This document shows positions 55,932-63,094 of a stretch of DNA of 64,000 nt, in pieces (position 1 is the stretch's first letter; each line of letters starts with the position of its first letter). The position numbers and the translations under genes were made by a program. This DNA is from a virus (taxonomy: Duplodnaviria; Caudoviricetes). The stretch lies in IMG/VR virus record IMGVR_UViG_3300035661_000005, one strand, 5' to 3'. The notes under the pieces were generated by a model, which saw only the letters and a program-made list of their open reading frames with translations, had not been told where the DNA came from and did no database searches.

Positions 55932-56552
55932 ATGTCGACTCTCAAGGACGCGCGTACGCAGATCTCGGTTCGCATCACGGAGCAGACGGCCACGATCAAG
56001 GGGGCGGAAGCCTCGAAGGCGGTCTACGAGAAGGCGCTCGCGGACATCGACAAGCAGATCGCCCGTTCGGACGCGGCCGAGGCCAAGGCGACTGCGAAGG
56101 CGGCCAAGGCGACTGCGAAGGCCGAGGCGAAGGCCGTCAAGGCGGAGGCGAAGCCCGCCAAGGAGCCCAAGGCGCCGAAGGCCGAGAAGAAGGCGCCCGA
56201 GAAGAAGGCGGCCAAGGCGGCCGAGAAGAAGGCGGTCGGCGAGAAGCTCCCCCCGATGAAGGAGCGCATCAAGAAGGTGCTCGGGTCGAAGTCGATGGAC
56301 TGCCCGGCGATCATGGACGCGCTCAAGATCAAAAACTGGCTGCCGGACGCGAAGGACCCGAAGGCGTACGTGAGTTTCCTCCTCTCGGGGAACCCGAACG
56401 ACTTCAAGCGCGTCAGCCGCGGCGTCTACTGTGTCAACACGGACAAGGCCGAGGAGCCGAAGGTCGAGGCGAAGAACTCGAAGTCGTCGAAGTCGTCGGA
56501 CGAGATCCTCGCGGATGCCGGCGTCCTCGGTGGCCCGGCGTTCGGCAGCTGA
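55932..56552 (+). CDS. Histone-H1-like Lys/Ala-rich protein with winged-helix (HARE-HTH-like) domain
   Basis: AKATAKAAKATAKAEAK...KAPEKKAAK repeats, then MKERIKKVLG..MD...IMDAL...FKRVSRGVY. Confidence 0.65.
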   Translation: MSTLKDARTQISVRITEQTATIKGAEASKAVYEKALADIDKQIARSDAAEAKATAKAAKATAKAEAKAVKAEAKPAKEPKAPKAEKKAPEKKAAKAAEKKAVGEKLPPMKERIKKVLGSKSMDCPAIMDALKIKNWLPDAKDPKAYVSFLLSGNPNDFKRVSRGVYCVNTDKAEEPKVEAKNSKSSKSSDEILADAGVLGGPAFGS

Positions 56553-56625
56553 TCGTGCCCCAGGCTGTCAGACCGAGGCATGTTCGAGCGTCCTCGGTCT
56601 GACGCCTCCGGTGTAAGGGCATTAC

Positions 56626-57000
56626 GTGACCCTTACCGAAGCGCAAGACAACGCCCTGTGTGTAAGCACCCGCAGGGTCCTGCTCAGCCACTTGATGGGC
56701 TTCATCTACGCCGAGAAGGTAAAGGTCGACCCTCGGTACGAAGCGTCTCTGCGAACGCAGAACGCTTTCTACGATGCAGCCCGGCACGAGTGGCTGAAGG
56801 TCGTCCGTGACCTCGGCAACATCTTCGAGCACAGGTGGCGGACCCACGTGTACGAGACGCTCCTGGGGCTTCGTGCGGGGGCCCTTCTCAAGGCTCGGCA
56901 GATGTTGATCGAGCTGGGGGTGGACGGGGAGACGGAGATCGCGCGGTACATCGAGACGATCGACCTGGGGGACCTCTTGCCCACCGCGGAGTGCCCGTGA
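56626..57000 (+). CDS. Hypothetical protein, 124 aa
   Basis: GTG start 8 nt after CGGTGTAAG. Confidence 0.55.
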   Translation: MTLTEAQDNALCVSTRRVLLSHLMGFIYAEKVKVDPRYEASLRTQNAFYDAARHEWLKVVRDLGNIFEHRWRTHVYETLLGLRAGALLKARQMLIELGVDGETEIARYIETIDLGDLLPTAECP

Positions 57001-57506
57001 AGCTCGGCGACCTGGTTCGGTTCGAGGATCAATACTGGGTGGTCCGTCGGTACGATCCGAAGCGGACCCGGACGGCGCTCCTCTTGGACAAGGACGGGCG
57101 GACGCGGGAGATTCCGTTCGACCACCCGGTTCAGGTCATCGTGAACCCGGGCGAGGCGTGGCCCTTCATCACGGTGAAGGACAACCCGGCTGGACAGCGC
57201 ATCGAAGGCATCGCCCGAGCCGTGGACATGGAGCCGGTACCACTGCGCCTCTACGAGGACTGGGTGCCTTCCGACCCTGCTCGGCCAGGCGGTCCGATTT
57301 TTCTGAACCCAGCCATGGGGCTGCGTACGGCAGAGACGCTGATCGTCACTTGGCGGCGTGGCCGATCCTCGACGGTGACGGTTCCAGCGGGCCTGGCAAC
57401 GGTCGGTGCCCGCGTAGCACGTGCAGAGGCGGCCCGCGTTCGGCCGGAGCAGGAGACGAGCTACAACGCCCTCCTGATGGACGCCCTGGGGGACGATGAG
57501 ACGTAG
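56997..57506 (+). CDS. Hypothetical protein with SH3/KOW-like N-terminus
   Basis: GTGA overlap; MKLGDLVRF...WVV. Confidence 0.55.
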   Translation: MKLGDLVRFEDQYWVVRRYDPKRTRTALLLDKDGRTREIPFDHPVQVIVNPGEAWPFITVKDNPAGQRIEGIARAVDMEPVPLRLYEDWVPSDPARPGGPIFLNPAMGLRTAETLIVTWRRGRSSTVTVPAGLATVGARVARAEAARVRPEQETSYNALLMDALGDDET

Positions 57507-58110
57507 GCTACCCGTCTACCTGGAGCACTCCATCGGCGCGGTCACGATGGAGGCGACCCGACTCGCCCTGGAATTCCACCGGGAGATCGAGAAGAAGGCG
57601 AAGACGACGTGTACGACAGGCTGTTCGGCCTGTTGCTCGTTCCCCCTCGACGTCAGCTTCTTCGAGGGGGTCTCGATCTACCGGGCGCTCATCGCCGCAG
57701 GTCGGTGGACCCCAGCTCTCAAGGTGAGTCTCCAGACGCACGCCAAGGCGACGGGCCTCCTGCCGGCGCACATCTGGATGCTGAGCCGTATTCCCTGCCC
57801 GCTCCTCGACAGGTCCGAGTGCATGGTGTACGCGTCCCGTCCGTTCGCGTGTCGGACGACCTTCTCCAAGGGTGACCCCTATCACTGCGACCCCCACCGC
57901 TTCGGTCCGCAGACGGGGCTGTTCCCCAAGGAGGCGGTCATCGCTCGGTTCGCCGAATTCGAGACGAGGCAAGCTCGGTTGGCCAAGATCCCGAGCTACA
58001 GGCTGCCAGTCAGCAAGGCGCTCCTCCTCGTCGACCAGGTCGTCCACGGGGAGATCGACGTCGACAACCTGTTCGCAGCCTTCTACGCAAGCTACCAAGA
58101 GGCCCGCTGA
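57496..58110 (+). CDS. YkgJ/FliB-family Cys-cluster (Fe-S/Zn) protein
   Basis: CTTGCSACC, CPLL...CMVYASRPFACR. Confidence 0.8.
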   Translation: MRRRLPVYLEHSIGAVTMEATRLALEFHREIEKKAKTTCTTGCSACCSFPLDVSFFEGVSIYRALIAAGRWTPALKVSLQTHAKATGLLPAHIWMLSRIPCPLLDRSECMVYASRPFACRTTFSKGDPYHCDPHRFGPQTGLFPKEAVIARFAEFETRQARLAKIPSYRLPVSKALLLVDQVVHGEIDVDNLFAAFYASYQEAR

Positions 58111-58397
58111 TGCTCTGCGCCCTCTGTACCAGGCCGTGGCCGGACGACAAGTGCGTCGTCGTCGACCTGACACCGGAGGAGACGGCCCATCTGGCGGCGC
58201 TCGGTCAGATGGGGACGACGCAGCTCGTCTACTGTGGCCCGTGTCATCGAGTCCTCGCTGACCCGGTGCGTGGTGCGCAGCTAATCAAGGGGACGCTGAT
58301 GCTGCAGCTGCGAGCCATGGGCATCCCGAATGCCGAACAGGTCGCGGACAACTTCGCGAAGAAGCTCTTGGCACTCGCAACGAAGAAGAGGTCGTGA
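58110..58397 (+). CDS. Zn-finger protein, 95 aa
   Basis: CALC...YCGPC. Confidence 0.6.
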   Translation: MLCALCTRPWPDDKCVVVDLTPEETAHLAALGQMGTTQLVYCGPCHRVLADPVRGAQLIKGTLMLQLRAMGIPNAEQVADNFAKKLLALATKKRS

Positions 58398-58855
58398 TGG
58401 ATCAGGCGTTCATGCAGGCGCTTCAGCAGCAGATGCCGGCGCTCAAAAGCCAGGCGCAGTTCAACGCATTCATGGCCAGCTTCGAGGCCCTTAGGGGGCT
58501 CATGAACGGGGTCTTCGCGCAAAACAAGGAAGCGGAGGCCCTGTACCGGGACGCCCTCGACAAGGCGATCGACGCGGGCCACAAGGTCACGGAGATCACG
58601 GTCAAGCTCGAAGATGTGCCGGAGGCGGCGACGTCGCGCGAGGCCGAACAATTCAAGCAGGCGCCGGTGCAATTCACGGAGTACGACACGCAGCGGGCCT
58701 TGTTGACCGAGCTGGAGGGCATCAAGACGGTGGCGGCTCTCATCGACTGGTGGACTGCCAATCGGGCCCGGATCGATCAGGTCCGGAGTGCCGGTCTGCG
58801 CAACCCGCTCCTCGACCTCGTGCGGGAGAAGAGAGCCCTCTTGGCTCGGGGGTAG
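58397..58855 (+). CDS. Hypothetical helical protein
   Basis: Codon bias; coupled to the upstream gene. Confidence 0.6.
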   Translation: MDQAFMQALQQQMPALKSQAQFNAFMASFEALRGLMNGVFAQNKEAEALYRDALDKAIDAGHKVTEITVKLEDVPEAATSREAEQFKQAPVQFTEYDTQRALLTELEGIKTVAALIDWWTANRARIDQVRSAGLRNPLLDLVREKRALLARG

Positions 58856-58956
58856 ACATGCCTCTCGAAGAGTCCGCACAAGAGAAGAGTACGACTCGGT
58901 GATGTGTGCAACGCGGCGGACCCAACTGGCTGGCCCGCCTCATGGAGGCCAAAGGC

Positions 58957-59337
58957 ATGAAGGTTCTTGTGTGCGGTTCACGGGATTGGGCCGATAAGAA
59001 AGCGATTGAGCGGGAACTCAAGAAGCTCCCCCCAGGAAGCACCATCATTCATGGTGCTTGCCCTACCGGGGCGGATGCCTTGGCGGATGCCATCGCGATG
59101 AAGCTCGGCCTGAAGATCAAGAGGTACCCGGCCGACTGGGACGACCCGACGCTGCCGAACAAGAAGGCAGCGGGTCCGATCCGCAACGCCAAGATGATCC
59201 GGGAAGAGCACAAGCCGGGCGATCCGATCGCCATGGGGCTGGCCTTCACCGAGGATCTCACCCGTTCGCGTGGGGCCAAGGACTGCGTCGACCGCGCACG
59301 GAGGGTCGGCATCAAGGTCGATGTTCACGCTCAATGA
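58957..59337 (+). CDS. SLOG-superfamily protein (DUF2493/YspA-like)
   Basis: VLVCGSRDW, IIHGAC.TGAD, YPADW, AAGPIRN. Confidence 0.85.
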   Translation: MKVLVCGSRDWADKKAIERELKKLPPGSTIIHGACPTGADALADAIAMKLGLKIKRYPADWDDPTLPNKKAAGPIRNAKMIREEHKPGDPIAMGLAFTEDLTRSRGAKDCVDRARRVGIKVDVHAQ

Positions 59338-59519
59338 CGGGCCGTCAGATGGCCCACACGTTCTTCGGGGCGGTGCTCCCCGCCGCCCGCTACCCAACGT
59401 GGGCCGCTGCCTGGGTGGGCAAGAACGACGTGTCCTGCGTCGAGGCCATCTACCAAACCGATCGGGTGCGGGAAGAGCTGCCGGATCTTGCCGAGAAGGT
59501 CTGCAAGGTCGTACCGTGA
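59334..59519 (+). CDS. Hypothetical protein, 61 aa
   Basis: ATGA overlap; codon bias. Confidence 0.5.
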   Translation: MTGRQMAHTFFGAVLPAARYPTWAAAWVGKNDVSCVEAIYQTDRVREELPDLAEKVCKVVP

Positions 59520-59971
59520 GGGATCACCGCTGGTCCGGGTGGCCTGGAGCCTTCTGCCTCGACTGTGGGGCCGAGGACCAGCGGGAGATCTGTGTAGGAG
59601 AGCACGACGTCGGGATCTCGTGCATCCACGGTCACGTCCAGTGTATGGACCCCACACACCCGCCGCAGAAGTGCTCCGAGCACGTCAACACCGAGTGTCC
59701 TGGGAGGCCCATGCCTACGTTCGATCCGGATGCGACGATCGCGCACTTGCGCAAGCTCCTCACGAAGTACGACCAGGGCCAGCTGACCGCGGCCGAGGTC
59801 GACAGCATGCTCTACACCCAGCAGGTGGTTCCAGTACTCGAAGCGGTCGAGCGGGGTGAACGCTACTTGACCAGCTCATCCTGCTGCTGTTCGGCGCACC
59901 CGCCCGACCGCTCCTTCACATGCCGTGTGACGATCCACCCGCACGGACACGAGATCACGCGGATCGACTAG
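59516..59971 (+). CDS. Cys/His-rich hypothetical protein, 151 aa
   Basis: GTGA overlap; CLDC, CIHGH, CCC..H and HPHGH clusters; may be two fused modules. Confidence 0.5.
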   Translation: MRDHRWSGWPGAFCLDCGAEDQREICVGEHDVGISCIHGHVQCMDPTHPPQKCSEHVNTECPGRPMPTFDPDATIAHLRKLLTKYDQGQLTAAEVDSMLYTQQVVPVLEAVERGERYLTSSSCCCSAHPPDRSFTCRVTIHPHGHEITRID

Positions 59972-60099
59972 CGGGGGCAGGGGCGTCCGGACGACTCCAT
60001 CCGGGCCATGTGCTCCTCGTACGCCTGCTGCTCTTCATCGGGGGAGAGCTTGCCGTCGAACATGCTCTTCATCAGGTCGGGGATGGACGTGTCCATCAT
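59968..60099 (-). CDS. Small hypothetical protein, 43 aa
   Basis: MMDTSIPDLMKSMFDGKLSPDEEQQAYEEH...; strong codon bias on the minus strand. Confidence 0.5.
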   Translation of the reverse strand: MMDTSIPDLMKSMFDGKLSPDEEQQAYEEHMARMESSGRPCPR

Positions 60100-60254
60100 G
60101 TCAGGAGCTTGATCGCGTCAGGGAGAAGCTCCTTGACTCGCTGCACCTGGTTCTTGCAGAGCTTCTTGGCAGAGCTTCTTGGCCTCGGCCAAGTGCGGCT
60201 CCATCTTCTCCACGATGAACTCCCCGAACTCGCTGTAGCGGGGATGGGCTTCAT
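60096..60254 (-). CDS. Small ORF, 52 aa, carrying a 13-bp tandem duplication
   Basis: ATG 4 nt after a minus-strand TGTAGA; GCAGAGCTTCTTG x2 at 60156-81. Confidence 0.45.
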   Translation of the reverse strand: MKPIPATASSGSSSWRRWSRTWPRPRSSAKKLCKNQVQRVKELLPDAIKLLT

Positions 60255-60305
60255 GCTCTCTACAAAAAGCGACCCGGCGGACTTGTTTCGGTGTAAGAGG
60301 GGTCC

Positions 60306-61268
60306 ATGCCCTTCAGCCCCGAACAGCTTGCCAACATCAAGATCGTCGTCACTCACGAGAACTGCCAGGACGGGATGGCCTCGGCCCTCCTTCTGAAGGA
60401 TGCCTTGCGGGACCGGCCGGTCGACATCCGGTTCGTGCAGCACGGAACGGTGGCCCTTGCGGAGCTGAAGGCGGAGCCCGGGATGCTCTTCTGCGACTTC
60501 GCGCCCCCGGCGGAGCGGGCCCAGGAGTTCCTGGAGGCGGGGGCCCTCATCCTCGACCACCACCGGACCGCCAGGGCCGTCGTGGAGTCCTTCGGGGCCA
60601 ACGGCATCTTCGCGGACGAGAAGGCGAACCCGGGCGTCTGTGGGGCCGTCCTGGCCTACGAGCACGTCTGGAAGCCGCTCAACCCGGAGCCCGTATCGCA
60701 CGAAGCGGCGTGGATCGAGAACTTCGCCCGTCTCGCGGGCATCCGGGACACCTGGCAGCGGCAGAGCCCGGACTGGGAGAAGGCGTGTGCCCAGGCGGAG
60801 CTGCTCTTCTTCATGGGCCCCGATCGGCTCCTCGCGGGCACGCTGTCCGGGCTGGCGGCCAAGTGGGCGACGGACTTCACCTGGATCGGCGACGTGCTCA
60901 TGGAGCGCAACGCCCGGTCGGTCCAGAAGGGGATCAAGGGGGCCTTCCGGTTCAAGACCGGCAATGGGCTCCGGGTCATCATGTTCGAGGGTGTCAGCAA
61001 GTCGAGCGACACCGCCGAGGCCGTGGGGTCGGAGTTCGACCTCGTGATCGGCTTCGGCTACGTGTGCGACGACCCGGCCCGGCCCCCGAAGCTCATCCTC
61101 TCAACCCGCTCCCACACGGACTTCGACTGCGCGGCGTTCGTCAGCCGGTTCGGCGGGGGCGGGCACACCAAGGCGGCCGGCTGCACCATCGAGGCGGAGC
61201 CCCTGGAGGCGACCCCGAACCCCTACAAGCTCGTGATGGACCTCCTCGACCTCCATGAGCGAGGCTGA
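60306..61268 (+). CDS. DHH/DHHA1 phosphoesterase (NrnB-like)
   Basis: THENCQDG, FCDF, ILDHH, GIRDTW, STRS, GGGGHTKAAG. Confidence 0.88.
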   Translation: MPFSPEQLANIKIVVTHENCQDGMASALLLKDALRDRPVDIRFVQHGTVALAELKAEPGMLFCDFAPPAERAQEFLEAGALILDHHRTARAVVESFGANGIFADEKANPGVCGAVLAYEHVWKPLNPEPVSHEAAWIENFARLAGIRDTWQRQSPDWEKACAQAELLFFMGPDRLLAGTLSGLAAKWATDFTWIGDVLMERNARSVQKGIKGAFRFKTGNGLRVIMFEGVSKSSDTAEAVGSEFDLVIGFGYVCDDPARPPKLILSTRSHTDFDCAAFVSRFGGGGHTKAAGCTIEAEPLEATPNPYKLVMDLLDLHERG

Positions 61269-61425
61269 CCGCTACACGATCCTCCGGCCGAACCGGCCTC
61301 CCCTGTCCTTCGTGGACCCGCGGGAGGCCGTTCGGTACCTGATCCGGACGACCGGCCCCGCCAAGATGCTCGACCGGCGCGGGAGGGTCCTGATGCCCTG
61401 CGTGCTGGTCGAACAGATCGGCTGA
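61255..61425 (+). CDS. Small hypothetical protein, 56 aa
   Basis: MSEADRYTILRPNRPPLSF...; strong codon bias; below the ORF-track cutoff. Confidence 0.5.
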   Translation: MSEADRYTILRPNRPPLSFVDPREAVRYLIRTTGPAKMLDRRGRVLMPCVLVEQIG

Positions 61426-61438
61426 CGCGACGGTCCGC

Positions 61439-63094
61439 CTACTTCGCTTGCAGATAGCGAGCGACGACGCGGGCCTGCATCGAGGAGAGGACAGAGCGGA
61501 ACGACTCAAGCTGGTCCCGCGTCATCTCTTTCTCGGTCACGTAGTAAGAAAAGGCCTCCGCGAACGCTTCGCTTTCGTTGCTCGCCCCGTAGGTCGAGAC
61601 CGGAAGCACAGGACGCCGATCCTCGGGGGAGACCTGTCGCTTCATCGCGTTCTCGACTTGATCGAGGAACATGAGCGCGTGCGTCAGATACCCCGCCTGA
61701 AGTTCCCAGGCGACGTCGATCCAGTGGTAGACCCGCCGCAGATTGTCTCGCGCGGTGAGAGGCTCGTACTGCCCGACCCCCGGGATGTCCTTGAGCGCCT
61801 CCAGGTGCGCGGTGAGCTTCTGCTGCGCCGTAACTGCATCCTCGTAGGCGTTCTTCGGCAGCCCACCGAGAAGCCCGGGCGACGAGAACTCGACGAGGTT
61901 CGGCGGCTCCACGTACTGCATCGAATCCGTGAGCGTCGCGTGCTGGAGCGCGTCGGCGATCATCTCGTCCGGGGTGACCTGTGCATCCGGGGGCGTCACG
62001 AACTTGTCGGCCTTCGAGAGATCCTCTTTGAGACGCTTGAGGGCGCTCGGAAGATAGTCGATGAACGTCCCCAGCTCTTTGCGGGCGGCCTGGGTTTTTG
62101 ACTCCCATCGTCGCGGATCGACCACGGGGTCCGTCTTCACGCGGAGCAGTGACTCGAACTTCCGTCGCTGTCCCTCGTGCATGAACTTGAACCAGTAGCG
62201 GTGCCCCAGCTCGTGCGCGAGCAGTTCCACAACGCCATGACTGGGACGCTGGTAGATGTTCACGACGTCGGGGCCGTAGGGGTAGTCGCCGCCGACACCG
62301 TACTCCGAGCCGTTCGGGTTGACCCCCCCACACTCGTCGCACTTCACGAAGATCGTCCCGTACCAGACGCGATCGAGCTTCTTCGCCTTGAGCATGTGGT
62401 ACGTCTCGTCGAAGAGCCGGACGTACTTCTTGGCGAGGTTCGAGTTCACGGTGCGGTCGTCGATGACGACCTTCATCCCGTAGAGATCGAACTGCGACTC
62501 GGCGCTCTGACCCCAGTCCTTCTCGATCCGCTCCGGGTTGACCTTGCGGGCTTCTTCGATCTCTGCGGCCTCGGCTCGAAGAAGCCCCAACACGTCGTCG
62601 AAGAGTTCGGTGAGGTGCCCATTTCGGGTCTTGTTCCAACGCCCCTTGGACGGGTCCGGGCGGGTCTGGACCTGAACTTCCAGCATCTCGTGGAACTTCG
62701 TCCGGTATAGCTCGAACATCCGTTCGGCATCTTCCGGCGTGAACGTCCCTAGGGGCATCCTGGTCGTGTGCGTCGCAACGCGCATCCAGTGCTGGGCCTT
62801 GCCCCGGAGGTCCAGCACCTGATCCCGAAGCTTCTTGAGCGCGACCCGCAGCTTGTTGGGCCGTTCCTTCGACTCGGAGTTCACCATCGAGGGGGACAGG
62901 CGGACGAGTCGGATCTGCTCCTCTAGCTTGTCGACGAACGCCACGAGCTTGTCGAAGGCTCGAAGCACGTCGTGCCAATCCGAGATCGTAGGATGCAGAA
63001 GCGAGAGCCACCCACGACGCACGGCCATGAGCCAAGACTTCGTGAGCATCTCGGCCTGGAACTGACGGGCCACACGTTCTTGCACGGAGATCAT
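61439..63094 (-). CDS. HExxH zinc metallopeptidase (anthrax-LF-like motif spacing), 551 aa
   Basis: LAHELGHRYW ... VSTYGASNESEAFAEAF; RVARQF at the N-terminus and RVVARY at the C-terminus. Confidence 0.7.
   Translation of the reverse strand: MISVQERVARQFQAEMLTKSWLMAVRRGWLSLLHPTISDWHDVLRAFDKLVAFVDKLEEQIRLVRLSPSMVNSESKERPNKLRVALKKLRDQVLDLRGKAQHWMRVATHTTRMPLGTFTPEDAERMFELYRTKFHEMLEVQVQTRPDPSKGRWNKTRNGHLTELFDDVLGLLRAEAAEIEEARKVNPERIEKDWGQSAESQFDLYGMKVVIDDRTVNSNLAKKYVRLFDETYHMLKAKKLDRVWYGTIFVKCDECGGVNPNGSEYGVGGDYPYGPDVVNIYQRPSHGVVELLAHELGHRYWFKFMHEGQRRKFESLLRVKTDPVVDPRRWESKTQAARKELGTFIDYLPSALKRLKEDLSKADKFVTPPDAQVTPDEMIADALQHATLTDSMQYVEPPNLVEFSSPGLLGGLPKNAYEDAVTAQQKLTAHLEALKDIPGVGQYEPLTARDNLRRVYHWIDVAWELQAGYLTHALMFLDQVENAMKRQVSPEDRRPVLPVSTYGASNESEAFAEAFSYYVTEKEMTRDQLESFRSVLSSMQARVVARYLQAK

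Noticed and set aside
51371-58902. In-frame stops between coding-like segments (TAA 51371, TGA 58900) as a sign of stop-codon recoding
   Set aside because: Different codons are involved, and all conserved genes end normally at TGA, TAG or TAA; local decay is the simpler explanation.
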